A stretch of DNA of 60,925 nt, the filler included, from Sluysia triapertura (Eukaryota), in assembly GCA_046118255.1 (NCBI GenBank). It is 4 parts of 4 records of this genome, joined end to end, with 100 filler letters (N's around TTAATTAATTAA, not from the genome) between each part and the next. Parts side by side here need not be neighbours in the genome. Positions count along the whole stretch, not along the records: positions 1 to 13,258 come from JBJNIA010049228.1; positions 13,359 to 36,107 come from JBJNIA010217362.1; 2 more parts are not named here. One strand, written 5' to 3'. Every line of letters begins with the position of its first letter. Within the stretch, counting starts at the first letter, position 1. The position numbers and the translations under genes were made by a program. Positions 1 to 13,635 of the stretch are shown here, piece after piece. Under the pieces are notes generated by a model. It was not told the DNA's origin. It did no database searches and worked only from the letters and a program-made list of their open reading frames with translations.

Positions 1-3000
1 TGGAAAGTAAATGAACGTTAAGTTAAATCTCTTAATAAAATACGTAGCAATAATATAACAATATAACAAAGTTGATATAAAACCTTTGATGATCAAAGAT
101 AAAATAAACAGTCGTTCTAGGAATTATGATTATAATTATACAATCATTATCGACCTTTGGCTTAGATGCCAGCAATTTTTATTGTTAGCTAAAATCCTTT
201 TGATTGGCCACTTTATTTTGGTGCGTTCAAAATTAGAAATAATTAGTTTTGTTCAAAAAATTTAAGTACATTATTAAAAAATATGGTATTCAGAATTTTA
301 TTCTAACACTGGTCGATCGGAAAATGAAAGTACAAAAACAATACTTGTGTAATGACACATTATTGTTATTATTTAATGATTACCTTTATTTATGTATCGC
401 ACAACTATGAATATAACTTATTTTTAACTTAAAATTATTTGTAATTTTGAATTAATTCATTTTGGAATTTATAAAATTAATTTAATAATGTAAGTAATTT
501 ATTTTTAATTTTATTAAAATTATTATTATGTAAACAGAATTTATGTAAGTAATTTGTGTTGAAGCTGTTTTGTCTGCTCATTTGGATAAAATATTTAAAA
601 ATATTACGATAGTTGAGACACGTCATATGAATATTAATGTAAATGAAGCGTTTACTTTTGATGTTAGTATGATATATCATAAGGCAATTATGACAGAAAC
701 CGTCAATTGTGGAGTTCTGCAAATGCAGATTAATCTCCAAGACAAGCAACTTTATGTTATTAAAGTTCTGGCCAGTAAGACTTTTATTGATTCAAATTTT
801 TATTCTACGTTAACGACTGATGGTATACTTTTTACGTATTATTATTTTTATGAAAAATCGATTTTTTTTCGCAAAATAGATAAACTGCGTGTTTAATTTG
901 TTTTGTACTCCTTAATTAAAAAGATCATTCACGGCCTTAAGCCTATGTTTTATTTTGAATTAGTAATATTCATTACGGACCTTACGTTCAAATTTTGTAA
1001 ATTAGAGACATTTAATTTTGGTTCTAATAATTTCTTTAAATCACCAATGGTTAAATATGCTGGCAAATTTTGAGTAAACTTTTCTTCAACTTCGTTAATA
1101 ACTTGTTCACAAAAAATAGGATTTAAAGGATTTGTAACCTCATTGAAACGAGTTTCTAACAATTCGTCGCCTTTGGTACATATATTAATCATTTTTATCT
1201 TGTTTAAAAGCTAAACACAAATTTTGACATACTAAAAATAGATTAGGTAAATAAATTAAATATATTTTAGAGAGTATATAAAAACTATAAAAAATAATTA
1301 AAATAATAAAAATAATTAAAGTAATAAAAATTATTAAAATAATAAAATTAATAAAAATTATAATAATAATAAAAATTATAAAAATAATAAAATAGTAAAG
1401 GTAACATTGAGAGTGATGATGATGATGGTGTAGATGATAATCAGAGGGGAAGGAACTGTGATGTTGATACAAATGATTTTAGTGTGAGCTTGGAGAGCAT
1501 GATTTATATTTTATGTTAATGTGGGAAAGTAACAGTGAAGTGAATGGGTTGATTATGGAATTTTATAAATTTTTGAGGGTGAGGAAATTATTAAGATTTG
1601 ATTTATTAAATTTATTTATTATTGAATATAAACCATTCAAGGTCAGTTTTTTGAAACAGTAGTCCATTTTATTTTATCATCTGAAGAGTTGACCACTTTC
1701 GAATATTAGGAGAAACAATTTTCCTCTTGTAAAATTCGTTAGTTTGTTTTTATTAAGTTTTAGTACTTTTAGAAGTACTCACGTAATATCTACTTAAATT
1801 AAATTGCACATTTTAGAACCATTTAAAGGTTCTCTGTAAAATATTAATTAAAATCATTCTGCAAAAAATTAACTTGATAAGTTAACTGCGTTACTTTGTT
1901 ATTTATAATTATCTACCGTGTACAAATTTTTATATTTTTTGTAAGGTCTATTTTTATCTTATACAATACAAATTCCCACAAAAAGTTTTTTGTTATTAAT
2001 TACAAATTTATTATTAATTCTATTTAAAAGAATTATTTGCAAATTTTATAGTTACACAATACTAAAATTAATACCTGCACCGCATTTCTCCGAAATTTAT
2101 CGGAAATCGTAAATTTATATCTGCAAATCTTATTTAAGGAGGATTTTCGTAAAATAGCAACCTAATAATTATTTTTTAAGATACTATTACCACAATAACC
2201 TTCATTAATTTCTTTTTATCGAAATACGTAAAATTCATTGTTCTTAAATCCTATTTCGATGAGTATTCTTCGTAAAATAACAATTCATTAAACCTTTATT
2301 AAAAGATATATTCAATTTGATTAGTACACTGAGTTTTCCTAAATCTATCATAAGTCCCGATCAAATAATAAAGAACTAAGGAATCGATTTGATTACAAAG
2401 TTTATAACTCTAGTTATTTTCTTCTAAGAAATCCAACGCCTAGCCATAACCAGTAAGACTAGACATTCTTATATCTTTATTCGTGAGCAAAACTAAGGTA
2501 AGTATTATCCAAAAAAACTCACACTTCTATCTACAAATCCATTAGGAAATACATAGTATTTTGCTTCGATTACAAATATTCAAACAGTTACAAATGGTTT
2601 TTTATGCGTACTGGACAATAAAAATGATAACTATGATAAAAACTACATATTATATCATGACAGAGATTTTGAACAACAGTTTTTCTTTTTACATTTTCAT
2701 GAATTTTATTAATAGTGTAAATAATGAGTTTATATTCCTTTCCAGTCTATTGACTCGAGTGTCCATAAACAATTCATGTCAAATTCATTAAAAATTAAAA
2801 ACAATTTGTAATAGATTTTATAAAGTTAAAATTGAATTTTATAAAGTTAGATTACAAAGATACATTTAATACTTGTGGATATTTTTATAACTCCTTAAGA
2901 AGGGTTAGTTTGAAAGGAACTTTAATAAAATGGCCAACGAATTAATTATTATTAGTACGGCGTCTACCAAGAAACACCTAATTATCCACACATTTAGATT

Positions 3001-4124
3001 TCCAAAAGTAAAAAATTTTATTTTAAGAAAAAATCTTAAAATACAAATGAAGCGCAGCTTACAATGGTTTCTTTAACATATTCTTAAAACCTCGAATAAT
3101 TCAAATAACCTTTACTAAATTATAACTTAAGCTATTTTGTATTTGGATTCTTATTTGGACCATATTATATTGTAGATAGTACCTACTGTACAATCTACTC
3201 TCACTAATTGTATACAAGAAAAAATTTATTATTGTAACTCTAATATAATACAGTTAAATGAGATTTATAATAATAATAATTATTATTATAGTATTTTTCT
3301 ATTATTATTTGAGACCTATTAAACTTTTATAACATTAACTAAAATTGTATAAAATATTAAAAACTTTACTTCGTAATTGTGGAAATTTTCTTAATACCAT
3401 CAAAACAAAACAAAATAAATTGGAACATCTTGAAATATCTTAACAAATAACAAGAAATATCGAAAAATACGTTCAAATAATAAGTTAAGACAATAAATTG
3501 AGTAGAATGCAGAGAAAAAAATGCTGAACCTAATACACTTAATTAGCAAATAAAATCACTTAAGAAACCAGTGGGACGTGAACAAAACATGAACAAATAA
3601 ATAGCACCATGCGCACATAAATATTAGCTAACAAAAAGCTGATGTAAATAAATAAATTATTAGAACAAGAAATTGGCGAGATTAAGATTGTATTTAAATA
3701 TAAATCGGCCATATGATAAAATTAGAGATAGATTAAATGTAAAAAAAGATAATGTAGAATGAAATTAAAAAAGAACAACTTAATTAATTTGATTACAAAT
3801 TCAATACTAATTTAATTAGTACATTTGAAATATACAATACATTTAGTCAAAGACAACTTTATAATTTGATATACGAAAAATATTTTTATACATTCCACAC
3901 AATTAATTTGAAAACTTTGGATAACAATTGAAATTTTAATTTGCAGATATTTGACAATCTACATGTCATGAGCCAACATCTTAGAAATTATTAAGAAATT
4001 ATACGTAATAATAAAATAAATTTACTTTGGAAATTTAAATCTATGTTTTTATATTTTTAATAATTATAATATTTAAATAGTGCGTAAAAGATCTAAAATT
4101 TTTTGTTTTTTTAGAGAATTATAA

Positions 4125-4580
4125 TTTTTCCTTCTCATTGCTTCAATGAGACAAACAATATTAGGAGCAGATTTCCTCAAACACTGCGATTTCTTAGTAG
4201 ATTGAACTTGGAAAACTTTGACTTACTATTCAGACAGGTATCACAAATAAGTATTAATCTAGAAAACACATATGAAGAAAACAAAAATATCATGATCTGC
4301 TGAATGAACAATTTAACGCGGATCATAAATCCACTTCGGATCACTTCATCAATGCAGTACTTACACCACCATTTAAGTTACGGCGCCGAGAGTTATCGCG
4401 ACAAATCTCAACACAAACAAAGCTTGAAGATGAAAATGATTACGTTTTTCCTCCTCTTACAAGCGCATTTCTCCAAATAGTCAATAAGATGACTCAATCT
4501 GGATATATGGTGATTGAGGATGTTGGTCACAATCCCAGACGCATGTCCTATGCCACTTACAACAGACATGTTAGGTTGTC
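4125..4580 (+). mobile_element. Ty3/Gypsy LTR retrotransposon pol remnant (protease end and RT N-terminus), degenerate
   Basis: Manual translation gives QTILGADFLKHCDFLVD (retropepsin ILGxDFL motif), then HFINAVLTPPFKLRRREL, IWIYGD* (cf. WRxCGDYR) and VTIPDACPMP (cf. TxPDRYPxP). Stops and frameshifts present. Boundaries approximate. Confidence 0.75.
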
Positions 4581-4606
4581 TGTTTACAATATTAATTTAA
4601 GCCTAT

Positions 4607-4715
4607 TTTCTAAAAAAGAAAATTCCTTACTAAAAATAGAAAAAGTTTATAGAATGTTCTAAAACATTCTAGAATTCTATTCGCTTATGATTGACTGTTG
4701 GCTTATATAAAAAGC
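4607..4715 (+). repeat. LTR-like dispersed repeat, copy 1
   Basis: AAAAAAGAAAATT...ATAGAATGTTCTAAAACATTCTAGAA...TATATAAAA is similar to 21493-21606 and to the reverse complement of 26831-26947. It lies just downstream of the Gypsy RT remnant. Confidence 0.5.
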
Positions 4716-5109
4716 TGCACTTAGTCATAAAGAATCACAATTTTATAATTCAATTTTAAGACAAGGATCGATTTATAGTTTTCTGGATATCATAAATAAC
4801 TTCTACCAATTCCACAACATTGTTTCCATGATATTTTATCTTTGTAGAGGAGATAAGACATTAAAATCCACTTAAATTAATTTTTATAATTGTATTTTAT
4901 TTGCCCCAATATAAAGAAGGGAATTTTGTAAACTAAATTTTTAACTGTCAAAATTAAAGATCCGTCAAGATTTTAATTTTAAAATATAATTGTTGAATTT
5001 TTATTTTTTTCACTTCTTGTTGTTTTAATTTAATAAATGTTAATAAATCTTTTGTTTTTTAATTATTCTTTTAAGAATCGTACATAAAATTCTTTTTGAT
5101 TAAGATTTA

Positions 5110-5310
5110 TTCACGCATAGTTATAGGAACGCCTTCTATATAAGTAGTTTGCTATAACCGTACCCTGTTCAATTTTTATTTTGCCGTAGGTTTAGATTTA
5201 AGAAAGCCACAGCAAACGTAATAAATCATTTCACCGGTTGTTGCATAATATTTATTAATTTCTATGTACTCAATGCAAATCTCAATTATTTTTAAACCAA
5301 AGTGAAAACA
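5110..5310 (-). pseudogene. Degenerate FLYWCH/WRKY-like zinc-finger coding fragment, probably transposase-derived
   Basis: Minus strand reads IEYIEINKYYATTGEMIYYVCCGFLKSK, then after a frameshift YGKIKIEQGTVI. Homologous to 17085-17280 (shared TTTTATTTTGCCGTA). Confidence 0.4.
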
Positions 5311-5423
5311 AAATTCCGTTTAGATTTTGAGATTTACGTATAAATATCTTTTATCTTTTAAACAATAAATAAAATCTTCATTATTTTACTTTTTAACGTG
5401 TAAAACACTAATAAAAAACAAAC

Positions 5424-7702
5424 TTGTATTTTCGTATTGTAATCATTAACCATCATTAAATCTGTTTCTATATTAGGGGCTTGTAAAATTGTAGGTGCAA
5501 ACACAACAGCCAAATTTTTAACTGTCATCTTATTTACAGCTTCTCGAGAAGCGACTCGAGCCAAATGTTCAACTAAATATCGAAGAGTTTCTCGGTGATA
5601 TCTTAATTCAGGTCGATCTTGGGCTACATCCATAATACTAAGAATACGCTGCAGAGAAAGAAGACGGCGTTCTCGATCATGTTCATGTAATCGACATACA
5701 CCGATTACATCAGAGTATAGACCTATAATGTATTAATTATACGTAAATTTATATGTAAAGTTATAATTCATTAGAAACTAAATATAAAATCTTAGTTATA
5801 TGTATTTGGACGTAAAGTAATGATTTTTTAAACTTTTTGTGTGCAAAATTTTGTTTTAATAATTGATATTTTTAAATATTTTGGCGGATAATTTAAAATT
5901 TCAAATATTTGAACATGTTGAACTTCATTGTACAGTCTGGCCCTGGGTTCTGAAATCTCAATTCTCTCAAATCATGCGTAAATTAATATTTATGGATAGT
6001 CAGTGTTCCGAAGGTACTTTTTCGGATCAGACCGTAGTACAATAATAATGAAAAGAACAAGAGACACAACAAAACAAAGGATTGTTGTTAAAATTAGTTT
6101 GACTACGATTGAAGTTATTATTATATGTACATGAAGTAAATATTCTGAATTGATTATTATTGGAATCGTAGAGTTATTTGAACTATTTGAAATTTTAATA
6201 AGCTCAAATAATTCAATTATTAAAATTTAACTTCAAGATAAAGCAAATATTAATTATTAAATTTATTCAAATAAACGAGATTTTGAACTGCTGTTAACTA
6301 TAATTATTTGAATATGATTTGACTATTACCGGAACAATTGCTATTTGAATTTGGTTGCAATATTCGAAATTGATTTAGTTATCATTTGAAATACTTTAAT
6401 TCTGATTAAAATTATAAGATCACTTGTGTCAAGTATGTCGAACTTACTAAGTACCATAAGGATTTAAATTAAAATTAAATATTAAGATATGTACTTCCAT
6501 AAGACATATATCCTGATAATATTTAAAGAAAACAGTAAATATATTTTATTAGAATACTATTATTTGTGTATTAGAGTAATCCCCATATAACACGGTACTC
6601 TAAAAACGCGTTATCATGTCCCTCGTATAACACGTGTGTTTCCCCATATAACGCAGATACCTGTGCACATTGTGTTATAATAAAATTAATAAAACGCACA
6701 TATTTCGTTCATAACATAGTTTTTCCTTAATGAAGTTTTCCTATAACGCGGAACCCATCTACCGTGTTATAGGGAGATCACTAAAAACGATTATTGAGTG
6801 TAATAACTTTTGTGAAGCACCATAATGTACAAAGTCAAAACTTATTTTGGCTAAAAGTATTTGATTATTAATCCAGACATATTTAATTGCACTTTAACAC
6901 GAGTTATCTTGTAGGAAAAAGTTTGTTTGTGTTATTTTTTAAAGTTATTTTTAAACATACTTTTTGGAAAGAGTCCATCTGGTAAATTCCTTAAAAAGGA
7001 TTTCAAAACACCACATATAGCATGCAAGTCATTCCATTTATCTATTTTCACATTGATTTCTGAAACTGGTTTTCGTAATTCAGCATTTATTGTATCTAGT
7101 GCTATTTTGTTACCATTGACTCGATATAATCCAATTAGATCCATTCCGAATTTTTCAATAATAGTAACACAAACTTCAACAACAAATGGAATTAACTAAA
7201 TACAAATCAAATTTAATTTTTCATTGAAATTAGCTTTTTATATATTGTAAGTAGATTATAATAGTAAAAAACCATACTGGTGAAACAATACTTCTTGTCC
7301 ATTTGTGAAGTGGTAATTTCGTGTAAAAATCTGGATTCTTTTCAAATGTCCCCTCATTTCCAATACCGCATTCTGTCAAAGCAGTATTACTACTTGTACT
7401 AATAGATCCCTGGCTAGTAATTACATTAGAAGAGTGATTGGCAGTATGAAACCAAGCATAATGTATATCATCTGTATATGAACTGGAATTGGTTAAAGTC
7501 GGTTGCTGCTTTTGAAATACTGAGATATTGCTGCATGTTGTTGTGGTAGTACCGCCAAAAGATGAATTTGAATTAGGTGGAGGTGTGATGTTGAAGGAAC
7601 TAGTAGTTGCATTTGACGGAGGATTTGGTGATGCAGAACTTGTAGAAATGTGCTGACGAGAAAATATTTCTTCTTGTCGCTCGGCTTCACTTGGAGATGG
7701 TG
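5424..7702 (-). CDS. ARHGAP21: Rho GTPase-activating protein, ARHGAP21/23 (RhoGAP19D/PAC-1)-like; partial
   Basis: GT-AG exons 7702-7278, 7195-6961 and 5722-5424 join in frame: Ser/Thr-rich linker, then LIPFVVEVCVTIIEKFGMDLIGLYRVNGN (Arg finger), KIDKWNDLHAICGVLKSFLRNLPDGLFP, HRETLRYLVEHLARVASREAVNKMTVKNLAVVFAPTIL. The DKWxDL motif is typical of ARHGAP21/23, but the two paralogues cannot be told apart here. Upstream and terminal exons not located. Confidence 0.9.
5933..6034. mobile_element. Small TA-flanked MITE (Tc1/pogo-type) in a RhoGAP intron
   Basis: Imperfect TIRs TA|CAGTCTGGCCC ... GGATCAGACCG|TA. Confidence 0.4.
6574..6783. mobile_element. Tigger/pogo-type MITE in a RhoGAP intron
   Basis: TIRs AGTAATCCCCATATAACACGGTA ... 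TACCGTGTTATAGGGAGATCACT, with internal repeats of TATAAC(A/G)CG. Confidence 0.7.
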
Positions 7703-8059
7703 CTAAACATTGATTAATACAAATAATTATATTAATATATAATTATGACTTAAATGTTGTTTATTTATTACACTGTGTTCCATGTTATAACAAGTTTTAA
7801 TTAGAAATATGGTGATGAAATAATAGAATGATATCCTATTGACTTTCAAAAAATTTTTTAATAAGACATTGATTATAATTGAATATTGGCGTTTATGTTT
7901 ATTAATTATTAAAATTATAAAATTACTTATCTGTATATAATTGAAATTTTGAGTAAACAAGAACAAATTTTATATTAAAAAATTCATAAACATGATAAAT
8001 TTCATTGAATACAAATAGTAAATATAAAACAGAGACATAAGTGACGAGAACAACTTCTT

Positions 8060-8870
8060 ACCTTATTTTCAAAGATGTTGGAGATCAAAGTAAAACATTT
8101 CCTGGCCGAATGAAGGGCTAAGGGACAATAAGAAGGTATTATATGAACAATGAAATTTATTTTCATAACAAATCTGGGTCCGCAAGTTGAGATGAAAATC
8201 TCGATTGAAGGTTATAACAGTTGCAACGTTTTCCTGTATATTTGTAACTGAATTGATGTCATAAACGTTAAAAATTCTAAGTAGCAAAATAGATTTATTG
8301 ATATATTTTTGTTCGGATGAATATTCGTTGGTATACCCATTACAAATTGTGGTATATTGGTTGTATATTCATGTACGAAAATAAGCAGATAGGCATAATA
8401 CTTTAGTATAATTTTATTTATAAATAACCTACCAAATTTGAACACAAATTGATTGGTATAATCGTTATAAACATTTTACACACATTTATGAACAAGATTC
8501 TTATTAACATCCATTACTTCTTTATTCAAAAAACTTCTATGAAGGTTAAACGATGTATAATTTACGATTTTGACATGAAAACGAAATATATCTTTATTCA
8601 TTAAGTAGTTAATAAATTAAAAGGCGACTTTCTCAAAAGAAAAGTTATAAAAAGGCAACGTATCTTTATTTACAAAAGAGGTTAAATCACTTTTGCCTCC
8701 ATGTTTGTTATCAAAAAATAATGTATCTTTAAATCGACTTAAGTGATAATATATTGAGATGGTTTCATCCACAATGCCACTTTCGAAGTAGAGTTTTGTC
8801 TATGTTTGTATTTTCCAAAAACAGCATATCTTTAATTTGATTTATGACCGAAATAGTTCGAAACTTATTC
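8060..8870 (+). mobile_element. piggyBac transposase remnant, heavily decayed
   Basis: Translation across stops: TIRRYYMNNEIYFHN (cf. MxRxRF...LHFxDN), DENLD*RL*QL, SDEYSLV (cf. SIDESLV), FIYK*PTKFEHKL (cf. QYIPxKPxKFGIK). Confidence 0.5.
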
Positions 8871-11800
8871 ATAATTGACATGGTAGCAACTTTATTTATG
8901 TGATGACATCAACTTAATTTCATTGTGAAGATAATCGTTTAATTTATATTCAATTCATATAATTGAATATGAAATGACAAAATTTACGTGCATCAGATAA
9001 AATCTTTAAATATTGGAATATTACACTGACGTGTATTAATTTATTGGCAATCAATTTATATGAAATTTTATTTGCAACATTCCACGTTACAGTACATTAA
9101 AATTTTCATTTTCCTTTTATTATAATTATAATTTTATTTTTAGGAATCAAAGAAATTTCATTGGTTGTTTTTTGATTGTAAACTAGTTTTGATTGCTCGT
9201 TTAATTGATTGTTACTCATTTAGTCAATTGATTATTATATTTCGTTGAATGAAACAATTGACTGTTTTAACTTCTTCTTTGATTATTTTAATTAAACAAT
9301 AAATTAATGTTGATTTATTGATCTAAATTATTCTTTTCTTGTTTTTTTTCTTTGGTTTCAATCTCTTTTATGTGACGGAGGTTCTTGTTCTTCTTTTCAT
9401 CAGTATGTTGTTCTCCATTTGTCAATTCCAGCATTTTGTTTTGTTTAGATACACTCATTGAAGCTCGACATGCATTAGTTTCATGGCTGGCAAATGTGCA
9501 TTTCGATAAGTAATCATTTGCGTCAGTTATTTCTATTTCCGATAAATTTTATGTGTATTTAATACTGACTCGATCACTGAATTCTTTAACATTACATTGT
9601 GGAAACTTGAATCGAAGTAAAGAGACCAGAACAGTGTTGATATGATGGAACTTTTACCGTATCCTCATGTCGAACTTATGATTCAGATAATATACGTTGT
9701 CTGTAAAGACGTGAACTACTTGACTTCGTTGTTGTGACCGACAGATGAATAATAAATGTTGCAGAAATCGGATTTAAGACGGGCACTTTTGATTAATGAG
9801 AAGTTAGAAAAGTGTTTAAGAGAACGAAGAAAAAAGACAAAAGCCAGAAAGAATAATTGAAGGTTTCGAAAAATTAGGAATGTTCTACATAAATTTTACT
9901 GTTATTAAAATTGTTTATATGTTTTACGTTTATTTTGATGTCTTGAGTTAATTGTTGAGTATTTATGCGATTGTGTAAGTGAGAAACAAATATTTTAAAT
10001 AATAGAGTTGAACCACCACAAGAAATACTATATTCAGAAGAATTATCAATTTTTTGCCTGAAAATATGAAACAATATTTTAAAAATATGCTTAAAATAAA
10101 AACTAAAATAGAATAATCAGAATAAATAAGTGAGTTTATCGAACTTAATTAGTCAGAAGACGAGCTATTAATCGATCAGAGGCTTCGTAGAAATACAAAA
10201 TGCGTTATAGAGATGAACAACAAGCATTAATAAACAGAAATAATGTAATATTAATTCAAATTAGCAAAGTGGATGTTAGAATTATAATGCAGAATGAAAT
10301 TGACTACTATATAAAAATTGGCCATATAATTGCAAAAATAAGTAGAGTATGATTTTACTTGTTATAAACTGCATATTAACTGTAGAAAAAAAATTGATTA
10401 TAGAGAAATTATTACAGAATAGATTTGAAAAAGTATGTGACTATGAATGTCAGTAAAAATACTATACAAAAAAATCGATAACTATTTTGAAGATTGTACT
10501 GATTACTTGTTCGAAACATCAATAACTATATTCTAAGTAAGTGTAACAATGTACTATAATTATTCAACTTAAAATAAAATTAACTTCTTCACGAAATGAT
10601 CGTGCATTAAAATATAATATATATACGTAAGAAATATATGAATTGACTGCTTTATAAGACAAAACGACATTTATTTTGAATGAATTCTTTTTGATCAATC
10701 AACGATTATTATAAATTAAAGTGGTCTCGTTGAATCTGGGTTATAATTTCGATGATTGAGACCTTGATATTTAAAAAAACATTCAGGAAGATATCCTAAA
10801 TTACTAAAATATTATTTAGGTTGCTTGAAAAGTTTAGCAAAACCTCATTAAATTTGATATTAATGAAATTATTATTATTAATTAATTTTTTGCTTTCTAC
10901 TTCGTTATATATCTTAGACATAAATTGGAATTGTCGAATATTTTTGGGAATAGATTTTATTTATAAAAATGTTTGAAAGAAAATTTTAAAATTTTGATTC
11001 TCATTTCATCTCAAGCATTAGAGACGATTTAGAATCACGATAACTTCTCAAAAAATAACTTACATTAAAATTTAACAATTATTTGATTTTAATTAAAATA
11101 TTGTGAGAGTTTAAACAGCTAAAAGTAATAATAATAATTTTAATTGAGATATCTTAAAATATCTTAGATATCAGTTAACATTTTATAAAGTTTAAGAACA
11201 AATTCTAGAACACATGTGTCATTAATCAAAGTTTTATAATTTTATTTCAATGAAAGTAATAACATAAAATATTAAAATATAAATGAAAAGCTAAGACGAA
11301 TGATTTAAATATAATATTAAGTAAAAAAGAAATACAAGCAATATTAAGTAAAAATATAACATTCCTTTATCTATATTGTATTTTACGTACATTTATTTAA
11401 TTAAATATCTGCGGATAAACTATAAAACTTGGAAAACTAATATTAAACATCGAAAAAAGAAAACTAATTATAAAAGAAATGGATTACACGCTAGAAGAAG
11501 CGTTCCATTAAACTATAAATTAATCAATTCATGCTACGAAAGGACATGATTTATCAATCACAAAATAACCGATAACCTGATGGAATGTATTTTAGTTACG
11601 GTAATCTTATAAATAAATAATCACATTTTTAATTTAATAAATCAATAATTAAGAATTCTATCGAGTGTTTTTGTTTATTAAATTCATTATTCAATAAATA
11701 TTTTTATCGATCATTTTAAAATGGTAATAATATTGAAATTCAAGAAAATAAAAAAAGACAAAACAGAAGAAAATCAAAAACCGTTATAAGTTAACTCAAC

Positions 11801-13189
11801 ATCTCTATTGGCATTGTTCATAATGTCGTTAGAATAAGGAATATTTTTTGTTGCAAATAGGCAAAAATTACTACATAAATGTGCAAAAATTGTTTGTTTA
11901 GTTTTGAAACAAATTTAGAAAAATATATACTAACTGATATAAGTATAATATGTCATTGTTTTATTAAATTAAAAAAATTTTGCTATTGCATTTTATAGAT
12001 TTAGTTATATTTTTATTTAAAATCTTACGCTGAGATAAAACGTTTCATCAAGGCGTTTCTAATGATTTCTTGCCGTATTTAGTATACTTAATTTAACATT
12101 GTCATACCAAAAAAATATTTTTCAAAAAGAAACAGTTTGAAGCAACCATAAAATACTAAAGATAATTAGTAATTATTTTAATCTAGAAGCATTTGTTTAA
12201 AACTATTTTAGTAACGTAAGTATTTAAATGGCCTAAGTGTACTCTTCATAAGAAAATGAAATATGAAATTTAATGAATATAAAAAATAAATATTTATTTA
12301 TTTATCGATTTAATAATTAGGAAATCTAAGAGGAAATATATATTATTCAAGAACAATTCAAGTACAATTTAAGAGTAGCTCATGAATGACCAACCTTTTG
12401 GTTAGTGAGCCAAAATTTAAATTTCCTTAAAACAAAGCTGCAAAAAGTGCATATACGTTACCACGTTTAATTAAACTCATAAAAAACAAGACTAATTAAG
12501 AAACATTTGATTACTTTAACCTATAAATTACATATTTATGTATTGTATTTAATTATAATATAAGTACCAAACTAAAGATTTCATACTTAAAATATGATAA
12601 TTTTGTAGTATTAATTTACAGATTATGATTTCCAAATTTGTTCATATCTTCAAAAGAAAGCAATGCTATAAAGAATATTGACTGATATGTATAAAATGAC
12701 ATTAAACTGTCGAACGCACCTGATATATTCTTCGAGTCAAGTGGTGCACTTAAAATTTCAAAATCCCTAAATGGGTTATACATTTAGTGATATGCACTAA
12801 AATTAGAACTGAACCACATTGTAGCTCGCAGATCGCAGGTTGAACATCTGTAGTATAATTATGTGAATTAAAAAGTATGATCAAAAGTAACGTTAATTAT
12901 AAAAGTTATTAATTATTTAATTAATAAATAGATATGACTGCGGATTAAACGGACATAACAATAGAATGAAAAACAAGAATAACACTAAGCACAAACAAAT
13001 ACAAACCATCACATAAATACTAAACGAATGTAAAAAAACTAAATAAATTTTATGACCAATATTATACAAAAAAATAATAACTATTATGTAGAAAAAATGA
13101 CAATATAACCACAAAAATATATAAATATTCATATTATTCGTGATTTTAATTATAAAACGTAATTTTTTGACATTAAATTCCGTTGATTA

Positions 13190-13258
13190 ATAATAATAAT
13201 AAAAATAATACTAATACTAATACTAATACTAATAATAATAATAATAATAATAATAATA
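13190..13258. repeat. (AAT)n/(AATACT)n microsatellite at contig end
   Basis: Directly visible simple repeat abutting the gap. Confidence 0.9.
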
Positions 13259-13358
13259 NNNNNNNNNNNNNNNNNNNNNNNNNNNNNNNNNNNNNNNNNN
13301 NNTTAATTAATTAANNNNNNNNNNNNNNNNNNNNNNNNNNNNNNNNNNNNNNNNNNNN
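13259..13358. other. Artificial contig linker (N44-TTAATTAATTAA-N44)
   Basis: 100-nt N run containing a six-frame stop cassette; identical at 36108 and 49790. Confidence 0.97.
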
Positions 13359-13635
13359 ATAAAGCCAAGAATGCATGATATAATTAGTGTAAAGTACGAT
13401 GCGATCAATATGATTAGAATAAAGCCAAGAATGCACGATATAATTAGTGTAAAGTACGATGCGATCAATATGATTAGAATAAAGCCAAGAATGCATGATA
13501 TAATCAGTGTAAAGTACGATGCGATCAATATGATTAGAATAAAGCCAAGAATGTACGATATAATTAGTGTAAAGCACGATGCGATCAATATGATTAGAAT
13601 AAAGCTAAGAATGTACGATATGATTAGTGCAAAGC
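13359..13635. repeat. 60-bp tandem repeat, about 4.5 copies, running into the gap
   Basis: Unit ATAAAGCCAAGAATGCATGATATAATTAGTGTAAAGTACGATGCGATCAATATGATTAGA with near-identical copies. Open frame encodes the 20-aa repeat MHDIISVKYDAINMIRIKPR. Confidence 0.95.

Noticed and set aside
1185-1472. Ile/His-rich ORFs (also 19666-19975, 31617-32214, 36945-37304)
   Set aside because: They are translations of AAT/CAT low-complexity DNA.
1678-1706. Hammerhead ribozyme (CTGAAGAG...CGAA)
   Set aside because: The core reads GAAT rather than GAAA, and no convincing stems I and III are present.
5180-5300. Terminal RhoGAP exon (IIEICIEY...) via a non-canonical AA acceptor
   Set aside because: The segment is homologous to 17085-17280 and fits a zinc-finger relic, and there is no AG at the required position.
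13303-13314. TTAATTAATTAA palindrome as a biological motif
   Set aside because: It is identical in all three N runs and is an assembly linker with stops in six frames.
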